31,660 bases of DNA, from positions 1-31,660 of IMG/VR virus record IMGVR_UViG_3300030207_001746; one strand, 5' to 3'. The notes below the pieces were generated by a model. It was not told the origin of the DNA, ran no database searches, and was given only the letters and a program-made list of their open reading frames with translations. Positions 1 to 9,372 of this stretch are shown here, piece after piece; position 1 is the first letter of the stretch; each line of letters starts with the position of its first letter. The position numbers and the translations under genes were made by a program. This DNA comes from a virus. Its lineage: Duplodnaviria; Caudoviricetes.

Positions 1-1665
1 GCTGAAACAGTTAACTTAGCCACTATATCAAGTGATAGTAGATATGGGATACTCTCTAAGTCTGGTGCCGATGCGAAGAAAATGTTTACTGATAAAGTTG
101 TACCTATATCAATAAATTACCCTTTCTTCTTTAAACCTATACAAGATGGTATGGATCGTCCAAAGTCTGAGCTTGCGTATAGAGTTCCAGCTAGTAAGTT
201 TACTCGTAAGAAAATACAGGTTAACGAACAGCTTGAAGAGATAGCAGGTCTTGACACTACGATCGACTGGAAGAATACAGGTGATAATAGCTATGATGGT
301 GAAAAGCTAAGTTTATTAGTACACGATGAGAGCGGTAAGTGGGAAAGACCTGATAACATATTAAACAACTGGCGAGTTACTAAAACCTGTCTAAGGTTAG
401 GTAGTAGAGTCGTTGGTAAGTGCATGATGGGTTCAACTAGTAATGCGCTTGATAAAGGTGGGGATAACTTTAAAAAATTATACAATGATTCTGACGTATC
501 AAGACGAAATGCTAATGGACAAACGAAGTCTGGGCTTTATTCTCTCTTTATCCCAATGGAATGGAACTATGAAGGATTTATTGACGAATACGGACTTCCA
601 GTCTTTGATAATCCATGTGATGCAGAACGACTGGGACCAGACGGTGAACTAATAGATGTAGGTGTAATAACAAGCTGGGAAAATGAAGCTGATGGTTTAA
701 GAGATGATCAAGACGCTTTGAACGAATTTTATCGTCAATTTCCTAGAACAGAAGAGCACGCGTTTAGAGATGAGACTAAAAACAGTATATTTAATTTAAT
801 TAAAATATACGAGCAAATAGATTATAACGAAGGTAGTATTCATAATGCGCCTTTTACTGTTGGTAGTTTTTCTTGGGAAAATGGGATTAAAGATACGAGA
901 GTTATATTTCACCCTGATCCCACTGGTAGATTTAAAGTAAGCTGGGTACCTCCATCTCATTTACAAAATAAACAGTTTACAAAAAATGGTATTAAGTTTC
1001 CAGGTAATGAACATGTTGGAGCATTTGGATGCGATAGTTACGACATTAGCGGTACTGTTGATGGTCGCGGTTCTAAAGGAGCTTTACACGGACTAACGAA
1101 ATTTTCTATGGAAGAAGCGCCATCAAGCACGTTCTTCCTAGAGTACATAGCAAGACCACAAACCGCAGAGATATTTTTTGAAGACGTATTAATGGCGTTA
1201 GTATTTTACGGTATGCCTTTACTTGCAGAGAACAATAAACCAAGGCTACTATATTACTTAAGACGTAGAGGCTACAGAGGGTATAGCATGAATAGACCAG
1301 ATAGAACTTGGAAAAAAATGTCCACTTCAGAAAAAGAAGTTGGTGGCATACCAAACTCTAGCGAAGACATTAAGCAAGCTCACGCGGCCGCTATAGAGAT
1401 GTACATTCAAAACCACGTTGGTCATCTTGGTGATGGTCAGTATGGAACCGTATATTTTAATGAGCTACTAAACGATTGGGCTAAGTTTGATATAAACAAA
1501 AGAACTAAACATGATGCTTCGATAAGCTCTGGTTTAGCTATCATGGCTTGCAACAGACACCTATATGCACCAAACGCTAAAATAGAAAAAACACCTTTGA
1601 ATTTGAATATATCTAAATATGATAATAAAGGGTATAACTCCCAAATAATAAACAAGCATGGCTGA
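1..1665 (+). CDS. terL: Terminase large subunit (5'-truncated)
   Basis: The frame is open from base 1 (AETVNLATISSDSRYGILSKSGADAKK-MFTDK), so the ATG at 82 is probably internal. Walker B LLVHDESGK and coupling-motif-like MGSTSN are present, as are RNase H-like nuclease acidic motifs FGCDSYD and KHDASISS. It is directly upstream of the portal, with an 8-nt ATGGCTGA overlap. Confidence 0.93.
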   Translation, partial: AETVNLATISSDSRYGILSKSGADAKKMFTDKVVPISINYPFFFKPIQDGMDRPKSELAYRVPASKFTRKKIQVNEQLEEIAGLDTTIDWKNTGDNSYDGEKLSLLVHDESGKWERPDNILNNWRVTKTCLRLGSRVVGKCMMGSTSNALDKGGDNFKKLYNDSDVSRRNANGQTKSGLYSLFIPMEWNYEGFIDEYGLPVFDNPCDAERLGPDGELIDVGVITSWENEADGLRDDQDALNEFYRQFPRTEEHAFRDETKNSIFNLIKIYEQIDYNEGSIHNAPFTVGSFSWENGIKDTRVIFHPDPTGRFKVSWVPPSHLQNKQFTKNGIKFPGNEHVGAFGCDSYDISGTVDGRGSKGALHGLTKFSMEEAPSSTFFLEYIARPQTAEIFFEDVLMALVFYGMPLLAENNKPRLLYYLRRRGYRGYSMNRPDRTWKKMSTSEKEVGGIPNSSEDIKQAHAAAIEMYIQNHVGHLGDGQYGTVYFNELLNDWAKFDINKRTKHDASISSGLAIMACNRHLYAPNAKIEKTPLNLNISKYDNKGYNSQIINKHG

Positions 1666-4039
1666 GTCAGTATATGTTAATTTTCCATCTCAAACTGTTT
1701 CTGATCTTGAAAAGATGAGTTTAGAATATGGTTTGAAAGTAGCTCAAGCTATCGAGCATGAGTGGTTTAAAGGTAACCATTCTAACAGATATCTTGATAC
1801 TCAAAACTCATTTCATAGATTAAGATTATACGCAAGAGGCGAGCAGTCTATACAAAAATATAAAGATGAATTATCTATTAACGGTGATTTATCTTACCTT
1901 AATTTAGATTGGAAGCCAGTGCCTATTATACCTAAATTTGTAGATATAGTTGTTAACGGCATGTCTGAGCGTATGTTTAACATAAAAGCATATTCTCAAG
2001 ATCAATACGGCGTTAGTAAGCGAACCGAATACATGGAGTCGATACAGCGTGATATGAGATCAAGACGATTTAACGATCAAGCACAAGAGATGTTTAACAT
2101 GGATCTTTACGAAACAGATAAAGATCTACTACCAGATACTATAGAAGAGCTTGAGCTACACATGCAGCTTACTTATAAGCAGGCGGTAGAGCTAGCAGAA
2201 GAGCAAGCTATCAACGTTCTTTTAGAAGGCAGTAACTATGATTTAATTAGAAGAAGAGTTTTATATGATCTTACTGTACTAGGCATAGGATGCGTAAAAA
2301 CTAATTTTAATTTTAGCGAGGGTGCAAAAGTTGAATATGTTGACCCTGCTGATTTAGTTTATTCTTATACTGAGTCTCCATACTTTGATGATATATACTA
2401 TATAGGTGAAGTAAAAACAATACCTATTAACGAGTTGGCAAGAGAATTTCCTCATCTTACAGCTAGTGATTTAGAGGAAATAAAAAAATCGTCTTCAAAG
2501 AGATACTACGGAACATACGGTAGACACATACAAGAGGCCGATGACAATAAAATAAAAGTATTATACTTTAATTTTAAGACGTATATGAACAGCGTTTATA
2601 AGATTAAAGAGACTGGAACAGGTGGATACAAAGCTATAGAAAAACCAGACACGTTTAATCCACCAAATAATAAAGAAGGAGGTTATTCTAGAGTACAACG
2701 ATCTGTAGAGTGCTTATTTGAAGGCGCTATGGTTTTAGGTACTGATAAGTTAATTAAGTGGAATAAAGCCGACAACATGATGCGTAGTAAATCTGACTTT
2801 AATAAAGTTAAGATGAATTATTCTCTTGTAGCTCCGCGCATGTATGAAGGTAAAATTGAATCTTTAGTTAGTAGAATTACTGGGTTTGCTGATATGATTC
2901 AGCTTACACATTTAAAATTACAGCAAGTCATGTCGCGCATGGTACCAGATGGTGTGTACCTTGATGCAGATGGTCTTGCTGAAGTTGATTTAGGCAACGG
3001 CACAAACTACAATCCACAGGAAGCGCTTAATATGTTTTTCCAAACAGGTAGTGTAATTGGTAGAAGCTTTACTGCTGATGGTGATCAAAACCCTGGTAAA
3101 ATACCTATACAAGAAATATCTAACGGAGCAGGGGCTGGTAATAAGCTGCAAGCGTTAATTGGTAATTACAATTATTATTTACAAATGATTCGTGATGTTA
3201 CCGGATTAAATGAAGCTAGAGATGCTAGCGTACCAGATCCTAAGTCATTAGTTGGTGTGCAGAAGTTAGCTGCAGCTAATTCTAATGTAGCTACGCGTCA
3301 CATTCTTAACGCAAGCTCTTTTTTAACGGTCTCTATGGCTGAAGCTTTATCTCTTAGAATATCAGACATACTTGAATATTCACCAACTGCCGATGCGTTT
3401 GTTCAAGCTATAGGAGCGCATAATGTAGCTACGCTAAAAGAGATGTCTGAGTTACATTTGTATGATTTCGGTATATTTATTGAATTAGAACCTGATGCTG
3501 AAGAAAAGCAATTGTTAGAAAACAATATACAAACAGCGTTAGCTCAACAGTTAATAGATTTAGATGATGCTATTGATATACGAGAAGTTCGTAATGTTAA
3601 ATTAGCAAATCAACTACTAAAGATCAAACGAAAGAAAAAACAAGAACGAGATCAAAAAATTGAACAAGAGAACGCACAAGCGCAAGCACAAGCAAATGCG
3701 CAAGCTCAACAAACCATTGCTCAAGCTGAGATGCAAAAAAATCAGGCAAAAGCTCAAGCGGACTTGCAACTAGAAGCAACAAGAAACGAGGGTAAATTAA
3801 AACATCTACAAGAAGAAGTTAGATTAAAGAAAGAGCTTATGGCTTACGAGTTTGAATTAAACCAAAAACTACGTAGCCAAGAACGTTCGCAAACTATGAA
3901 CGTAGAGCAGATGAAAGAGGACGGTAAAGATAGGAGAGAAAATATGAAGCAAACGAGTAAAAAGTTTGAGTCTTCAGGTAATGATATACTAGGAGGCGGA
4001 ATGGGTTTAGATAAGTTCAACCCACAAATTGGTAATTAA
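1658..4039 (+). CDS. Portal protein (793 aa)
   Basis: Follows terL. Size and motifs (PVPIIPKFVDIVVNG, IRDVTGLNEARD) are typical of P22/crAss-like podovirus portals, and the C-terminus is a long Q/A/E/K coiled-coil barrel. Confidence 0.88.
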   Translation: MAESVYVNFPSQTVSDLEKMSLEYGLKVAQAIEHEWFKGNHSNRYLDTQNSFHRLRLYARGEQSIQKYKDELSINGDLSYLNLDWKPVPIIPKFVDIVVNGMSERMFNIKAYSQDQYGVSKRTEYMESIQRDMRSRRFNDQAQEMFNMDLYETDKDLLPDTIEELELHMQLTYKQAVELAEEQAINVLLEGSNYDLIRRRVLYDLTVLGIGCVKTNFNFSEGAKVEYVDPADLVYSYTESPYFDDIYYIGEVKTIPINELAREFPHLTASDLEEIKKSSSKRYYGTYGRHIQEADDNKIKVLYFNFKTYMNSVYKIKETGTGGYKAIEKPDTFNPPNNKEGGYSRVQRSVECLFEGAMVLGTDKLIKWNKADNMMRSKSDFNKVKMNYSLVAPRMYEGKIESLVSRITGFADMIQLTHLKLQQVMSRMVPDGVYLDADGLAEVDLGNGTNYNPQEALNMFFQTGSVIGRSFTADGDQNPGKIPIQEISNGAGAGNKLQALIGNYNYYLQMIRDVTGLNEARDASVPDPKSLVGVQKLAAANSNVATRHILNASSFLTVSMAEALSLRISDILEYSPTADAFVQAIGAHNVATLKEMSELHLYDFGIFIELEPDAEEKQLLENNIQTALAQQLIDLDDAIDIREVRNVKLANQLLKIKRKKKQERDQKIEQENAQAQAQANAQAQQTIAQAEMQKNQAKAQADLQLEATRNEGKLKHLQEEVRLKKELMAYEFELNQKLRSQERSQTMNVEQMKEDGKDRRENMKQTSKKFESSGNDILGGGMGLDKFNPQIGN

Positions 4040-4053
4040 TTATATAATATTTT

Positions 4054-5202
4054 ATGATGGAACAAGAAAATCAAACAGATCTTGAGGATGTAATCCAAGA
4101 GGTCGAAAATGAAACACCTCAAGAAGAGGTTGCTGAAGAAAAACCCGAGCTTGATTTAAGCAAATTTGATAGCGCAGATGATCCTGACGTTATTAAAGTA
4201 GATTTATCTCAACCGGTAACAGAGGAAACTGCACCTGAAGAAGTGGTTGCAGAACCTGTCGATGAAAACGAAGTCGAAGCGCCAGCGTTAGAAGAGATAA
4301 CAGATGAAGTAGAAGCGCTTGAAGAAGAAGTTATAGAAGCTCTTGATGAAGCTGAAGAAACTGGTAGCGCTATACCTGAGAGTGTTCAGAAGCTGCTTGA
4401 CTTTATGGAAGACACTGGTGGAGATATCAATGATTATGTAAGACTAAATAGAGATGTTCAAGACTTAGATGATCAAGATGCTCTACGTGAGTATTATAAA
4501 GATACTAAACCTCATTTATCTTCTGAAGAAGTAGACTTTTTGATGGAAGATCAATTTGCCTATGATGAATCAATAGATGATGAGCGTGATATAAAGAGAA
4601 GAAAATTAGCCCGAAAAGAGCAAGTTGCTGAGGCTAAAGCCTATTTAGACGGGCAAAAGTCTAAGTACTATGAAGAAATTAAAGCTGGAAGCAAGCTCAC
4701 GCCTGAGCAGCAAAAAGCTATGGATTTCTTTAATAGATATAATAAAGAGTCAGAGCAAACTCAAAAAATTGCTGAAAAACAAAAGTCTGTATTTAACAAA
4801 AAGACCGAGCAGGTTTTTAATGACAAATTCAAAGGTTTTGAATATAGTGTTGGAGATAAAAAATACAGATTCAATGTTAAGAACACGGATCAGGTAAAGC
4901 AAAGCCAAAGTGATATTAATAACTTTGTTGGAAAGTTTCTAAACGAAGAGAACACGATGGAAGACGCTAGAGGTTACCACAAAGGTCTATACACAGCAAT
5001 GCACGCTGACGCTATTGCTCAACATTTTTATGAGCAAGGTAAAGCAGACGCAATAAAAGAAACAATTGCTAAATCTAAGAATATCAACACAGATGCTAGA
5101 GGAGCATATAGTGCACCTCAATCTGGAGGCATGAAGTTTAAGGTACTGGGTGATGATTCTGATTCTTTTAAATTTAAGATTAAAAGTAAAAACAAAAAGT
5201 AA
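4054..5202 (+). CDS. Probable capsid scaffolding/assembly protein (382 aa)
   Basis: Lies between portal and capsid genes. It has a very acidic low-complexity N-terminal half, a helical middle and a basic C-terminal tip (FKFKIKSKNKK), the usual scaffold layout. Confidence 0.7.
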   Translation: MMEQENQTDLEDVIQEVENETPQEEVAEEKPELDLSKFDSADDPDVIKVDLSQPVTEETAPEEVVAEPVDENEVEAPALEEITDEVEALEEEVIEALDEAEETGSAIPESVQKLLDFMEDTGGDINDYVRLNRDVQDLDDQDALREYYKDTKPHLSSEEVDFLMEDQFAYDESIDDERDIKRRKLARKEQVAEAKAYLDGQKSKYYEEIKAGSKLTPEQQKAMDFFNRYNKESEQTQKIAEKQKSVFNKKTEQVFNDKFKGFEYSVGDKKYRFNVKNTDQVKQSQSDINNFVGKFLNEENTMEDARGYHKGLYTAMHADAIAQHFYEQGKADAIKETIAKSKNINTDARGAYSAPQSGGMKFKVLGDDSDSFKFKIKSKNKK

Positions 5203-5213
5203 ATTAAGAAAAA

Positions 5214-6719
5214 ATGGCAATTACAGGAGGAGCGTTACTTAACAAAGTCCCAACTGCACAGCAGCAGACTTTAGCAAGTAACTACATTGACTTCGCAGGC
5301 GGTTCAACTGGCTGGGAGCAACAATATTTACCAGACCTAATGGAAAAAGAGGCTGAAGTGTTCGGACAAAGAACTATCTCAGGTTTCCTTTCTCAAGTAG
5401 GTGCTGAAGAGGCGATGACGTCTGACCAAGTTGTTTGGTCTGAGCAATCTCGCTTACATTTATCGTACATTGGTACAGTAGCTACTGCTGGTGATACTAA
5501 TGGTACATTCACAGTTGTAACTGATATTGACGGTTCTGCTGACGGTGAAAACGGTTTTGCTGTAGCTAATCACGGTGTTCGTGTAAACGATATCGTACTT
5601 ATCGCTACTGCAGGTATCGTAACTAAGTGTTTAGTTGTAGAGACTCCAGCAACAGCTGTTATCTCTGTTGAGCCTTACGACAAGGCTGATCTAACTGGAC
5701 ACGCTACAACTGCTAGTGGTTCTGTACTATTAGTTGTAGGTTCTGAATATGGAAAAGGCCAGAAGTACAGTGATATCACTGGTACAGCTGCTGCTGATAA
5801 GCGTACTGCTTTAACTCCAACATTCAAGTCGTTCAGCAACAAGCCAATCATTATGAAGGATTACTACGAGATCTCTGGATCTGATACTTCTCAAGTTGGT
5901 TGGGTTGAAGTTACAGGTGAAGAAGGTCAATCAGGTTACCTATGGTACCTAAAGGCTTCAGGAGACACTCGTGCTCGTTTCACTGATTACTTAGAGATGG
6001 CTATGCTTGAGTCTGAGAAGACAGAGGCTGCTTCTATCATTGGTTTTGCTGACGGACAAATACGTGGCTCTGCTGATGGTGGTGCAGGTAGCGCTGGTAC
6101 TGAAGGTTTATTCGCGGCGATTGAGTCTCGTGGAAACGTAACTTCAGGTGTTACTGGTGTTAACGCGGCTACTGACTTAGCTGAGTTTGATGCTATTCTA
6201 GCAGAGTTTGATAAGCAAGGTGCTATTGAAGAGAACATGATGTTTGTTAACCGTTCGACTAGCCTAGCTATCGATGATATGCTTGCGTCTATGAACTCTT
6301 ACGGTGCTGGTGGAACTTCTTACGGAGTGTTTGAAAATGACGAAGACATGGCTCTAAACCTTGGCTTCTCTGGTTTCCGTCGCGGATCTTACGACTTCTA
6401 CAAGTCTGACTTCCGTTACTTAAACGACAAAGCAACTCGTGGAGAGATCAACCGTATTGCTGGTTCTGCTGCTATTCGCGGTGTTATTATTCCAGCTGGT
6501 ACTTCAACTGTATACGATCAATCACTAGGTAAGAACCTTAAGCGTCCTTTCCTACACGTTCGTTACAGAGCTTCTAATACGGATAATCGTAAGATGAAGA
6601 CATGGGTGACTGGTTCGGTTGGTGCTGCAACTTCAGCGCTTGACGCGATGCAGATTCACTACTTATCTGAGCGTTGCTTAGTAACGCAAGGAGCAAACAA
6701 CTTCATGTTAATGAAGTAA
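5214..6719 (+). CDS. Major capsid protein (501 aa, HK97 fold inferred)
   Basis: Position after scaffold, Gly/Ala/Thr-rich composition, codon use typical of high expression (CGT, TTC, AAC, TAC) and a strong terminator immediately downstream. Segments YYEISGSD, YLEMAML and TEGLFAAIESRGN fit capsid backbone-helix patterns. Confidence 0.88.
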   Translation: MAITGGALLNKVPTAQQQTLASNYIDFAGGSTGWEQQYLPDLMEKEAEVFGQRTISGFLSQVGAEEAMTSDQVVWSEQSRLHLSYIGTVATAGDTNGTFTVVTDIDGSADGENGFAVANHGVRVNDIVLIATAGIVTKCLVVETPATAVISVEPYDKADLTGHATTASGSVLLVVGSEYGKGQKYSDITGTAAADKRTALTPTFKSFSNKPIIMKDYYEISGSDTSQVGWVEVTGEEGQSGYLWYLKASGDTRARFTDYLEMAMLESEKTEAASIIGFADGQIRGSADGGAGSAGTEGLFAAIESRGNVTSGVTGVNAATDLAEFDAILAEFDKQGAIEENMMFVNRSTSLAIDDMLASMNSYGAGGTSYGVFENDEDMALNLGFSGFRRGSYDFYKSDFRYLNDKATRGEINRIAGSAAIRGVIIPAGTSTVYDQSLGKNLKRPFLHVRYRASNTDNRKMKTWVTGSVGAATSALDAMQIHYLSERCLVTQGANNFMLMK

Positions 6720-6733
6720 GATTATATTTGATG

Positions 6734-6764
6734 AAACTACCCTGCCTTCGGGTGGGGTAGTTTT
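6734..6764 (+). terminator. Rho-independent terminator after the capsid gene
   Basis: AAACTACCCTGCC-TTCG-GGTGGGGTAGTTT forms a 13-bp stem with two G-U pairs and a C(UUCG)G loop, followed by the T-rich tract TTTTATATTAATTTTT. Confidence 0.85.
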
Positions 6765-6789
6765 ATATTAATTTTTATTATATTATATT

Positions 6790-7650
6790 ATGGCAAAAAA
6801 GAAAAAAGAAGAGGTTGTAGATCAACCCGTAGAAAACGTAGCTGTTGTTGAAGAAACACCTGTTACAGAAGAGACTTATGTTGAACCTAAGAAGAAGCGA
6901 GCTGGTGATACTACTAAAAAGTTAGGTGACGGCTGGGAGTTTAAAAATAGAATATATAGACTTAAAGGTAGAAAAAAGCCTTTGTCAAGATCTATTAGAA
7001 GTGCGAACGTTCATTGGTTTGACGAAGAAAAAGGTTACGAAAGAGAACTTAAATACTGTTCTAATCAAAGAACATGTTTCGTAGACGAAATGAAAGGTGA
7101 CCAACGTATGGAGCATATTGTGTTTAGAAACGGTATGCTTATAGTGGAAAAAGAAAAAACTATATTACAAAAGTTTTTATCTTTGTATCACCCAGATAGG
7201 GACATAATGTACTACGAAGAAAAGCCAGTAAGAAAAGCAGAAAATGAAATTGCTTGGCTTGAAATGGAGGTTATGGCGTTAAATAGCGCTATGGAACTAG
7301 AAGTTGATATGGCAGAGGCTGTATTAAGAGCTGAGATTGGTTCTAAGGTATCTACGATGAGTTCTAAGGAGCTTAAGAGAGATTTGATACTATTTGCTAA
7401 GAGAAACCCTAAGTTGTTCTTAGAATTAGTTACTGATGAAAATGTAGTACTAAGAAACTTTGGTATTAAAGCAACTGAACTTAATATCATCAAGCTATCT
7501 CCTGATCAAAGAACCTTTACATGGGGATCGAACGGTAGAAAATTAATGACAGTTCCTTTTGATGAACACCCATATTCCGCGTTAGCGTCTTGGTTTAAGA
7601 CAGACGAAGGTATGGAAGTTTATACAAATATAGAAAAACGATTAAAATAA
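6790..7650 (+). CDS. Hypothetical protein after the capsid gene (286 aa)
   Basis: Long ORF with an AT-rich leader, a charged disordered N-terminus and a globular core. It occupies the same slot as the gene after MCP in crAss-like genomes. Function not recognised. Confidence 0.7.
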   Translation: MAKKKKEEVVDQPVENVAVVEETPVTEETYVEPKKKRAGDTTKKLGDGWEFKNRIYRLKGRKKPLSRSIRSANVHWFDEEKGYERELKYCSNQRTCFVDEMKGDQRMEHIVFRNGMLIVEKEKTILQKFLSLYHPDRDIMYYEEKPVRKAENEIAWLEMEVMALNSAMELEVDMAEAVLRAEIGSKVSTMSSKELKRDLILFAKRNPKLFLELVTDENVVLRNFGIKATELNIIKLSPDQRTFTWGSNGRKLMTVPFDEHPYSALASWFKTDEGMEVYTNIEKRLK

Positions 7651-7663
7651 TAATCAACGGTGA

Positions 7664-7689
7664 TGCAACTACCCTTCGGGGTGGTTGCA
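7664..7689 (+). promoter_or_regulatory. Intergenic UUCG hairpin without a U-tract (RNA stability/processing element or weak terminator)
   Basis: TGCAACTACCC-TTCG-GGGTGGTTGCA forms an 11-bp stem with one G-U pair and a C(UUCG)G loop. It is followed by an A-rich, not T-rich, tract. Confidence 0.65.
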
Positions 7690-7708
7690 AAACTACAAAA
7701 AAAGAATT

Positions 7709-8446
7709 ATGGCAATAAGTGTAGACACAGTATATCAAAGAGTATTAGCCCTTGCAAACAAAGAGCAACGTGGTTATATAACTCCTCAGGAGTTTAACTT
7801 ATTGGCAAACCAGGCTCAAATACAAATATTTGAAACATATTTTTACTCTAAAAATTTAAAACAGCTTCAAGAGCCTAACAGAACAAACGAAGTTGATGAG
7901 ACTGATATACAAGAATTAATAGATAGAAAATTAGCACCGTTTCAATCATTTGAAACCGTAACAAGCGGGCATACATTTCCAGCTACTGTTGGAGCTGATG
8001 GAATACAGTATGATGTTTTTCAAACAGGTATGGTTTTTCTTGGCGACGAACCTTGTCAAAAAGTATCTATGCACGATGCGCAGCGTCTGAAGAAGTCAAC
8101 AAGGCATATGGCATCTACTGCTGATCAAGCCCCTTTCTATACTGACAACAGACTGAGTGGTAGAGATATTATTGTGTATGCCGGTAGCACAAGTGAAGAA
8201 ACTAGCAATGTTACTGTAGAGTGTTTTAGAGTACCAAAAACAGTTAACTGGGCTTACGTTGTTGTTAATGGTAAAGCAATGTATAATTCTACTTTAGCTG
8301 TAGACTTTGAGCTACACAAAGCAGAGACAGACACCGTAGTTTACAAGATATTAGAACTAGCAGGTATAGTTCTTAACAAACCTGGTCTAGTACAGATAGC
8401 TGCTGGTAAAGAAGCTTCTGAATTAGCTATTCAAAAAATCTCATAA
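7709..8446 (+). CDS. Putative head-tail adaptor/ring protein (245 aa)
   Basis: The ATG at 7709 (MAISVDTVYQRVLALANK) is preferred over the track's TTG at 7685, which lies inside the hairpin. The motif GYITPQEFNLLANQAQ and helical termini around a beta core resemble podovirus ring proteins. Confidence 0.62.
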   Translation: MAISVDTVYQRVLALANKEQRGYITPQEFNLLANQAQIQIFETYFYSKNLKQLQEPNRTNEVDETDIQELIDRKLAPFQSFETVTSGHTFPATVGADGIQYDVFQTGMVFLGDEPCQKVSMHDAQRLKKSTRHMASTADQAPFYTDNRLSGRDIIVYAGSTSEETSNVTVECFRVPKTVNWAYVVVNGKAMYNSTLAVDFELHKAETDTVVYKILELAGIVLNKPGLVQIAAGKEASELAIQKIS

Positions 8447-9369
8447 TGGGTATATTAACTTCAGCAGAAAAAACATATTACTTAACAGGCGGTGACCATG
8501 GTAATTATAGGTTTATAAGTTTAACAGAAATTATAGACTCTTTTGCGGCGACATACGTAGGCGCAGGAAAACTGTGTGAAAACGTTGTAATGGCTGATAT
8601 AACATTTCATGCAATACGATCGCTACAAGAATTAAGCTATGACACTCTTAAGTGTACAAAAGATTGGGAAGTAGTAGTACCAACCTCGCTTATGTTGGTC
8701 ATGCCTGTTGATTATGTTAATTACGTAAACTTAGCTTGGAGTGACGCAAATGGTATACAGAGAACTATATACAGAACTTCTAAAACATCTAATCCTTTAG
8801 ATATAAGCCACGAAGTGCAAGACTTTGGTGGTTTTGATACTAGCGCTTTAGGTGCTAACGATGATCTTACTACAGATGAAGACTCTACTACGTGGGGTAA
8901 TTATAAGTCTCAGACTAATGCAACTGATATAGGTGATGTTGACTCAGACGAATTTGATGATACATATGGTGATTTAATAGGTGGTAGATATGGTATTGAT
9001 CCACAGTACGCGCAGGCAAACGGTTCGTTTTATATTGATGACTCAGCCGGCAAGTTTCACTTTAGCTCTAACTTAGCAGGTAAAACTTTAGTGCTAAAAT
9101 ATATTAGTGACGGTATATCTACGTCAGCTGATAATACTTCTATAGATTTAAGCTCTTCACTAGTACCTAAATTCGCTGAAGAAGCAATATATAAGCATAT
9201 TCTTTACGGAGTGCTTTCAGCAAGAAAAGACTCACAACAAGCTTTGTTAGCTCAAATTAAAAAAGAAAGATTTGCTGAAACTAGAAAAGCTAAACTTAGA
9301 TTATCTAATTACAAATTAGAAGAACTTACACAAGTATTAAGAGGTAAGTCTAAAACAATTAAGCACTAA
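8446..9369 (+). CDS. Putative tail tubular/ring protein (P22 gp4-like slot, 307 aa)
   Basis: TAATG stop/start coupling to the previous gene. Contains RSLQELSYD, MPVDYVNY (adaptor-type LPxDY-like), LKYISDG and VPKFAEEAIYKHI. It directly precedes the muzzle gene. Confidence 0.65.
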   Translation: MGILTSAEKTYYLTGGDHGNYRFISLTEIIDSFAATYVGAGKLCENVVMADITFHAIRSLQELSYDTLKCTKDWEVVVPTSLMLVMPVDYVNYVNLAWSDANGIQRTIYRTSKTSNPLDISHEVQDFGGFDTSALGANDDLTTDEDSTTWGNYKSQTNATDIGDVDSDEFDDTYGDLIGGRYGIDPQYAQANGSFYIDDSAGKFHFSSNLAGKTLVLKYISDGISTSADNTSIDLSSSLVPKFAEEAIYKHILYGVLSARKDSQQALLAQIKKERFAETRKAKLRLSNYKLEELTQVLRGKSKTIKH

Positions 9370-9372
9370 CAC

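Noticed and set aside
3670-3715. GCACAA/GCGCAA short tandem repeats
   Set aside because: They encode the AQAQAQ coiled coil of the portal and are not a CRISPR array or DNA-level repeat.
1-6719. Introns or inteins in terminase, portal or capsid genes
   Set aside because: The ORFs are continuous and of ordinary size, with no intein splice motifs or homing-endonuclease signatures seen.
6723-6730. TATATTTG matching the Bacteroidota -7 promoter element TAnnTTTG
   Set aside because: There is no TTTG -33 element at the expected spacing, it sits just before a terminator, and such matches are common by chance in AT-rich DNA.
7685-7708. Track start at 7685 for the ring protein
   Set aside because: It is a TTG inside the hairpin arm. 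The in-frame ATG at 7709 has a typical A-rich leader.
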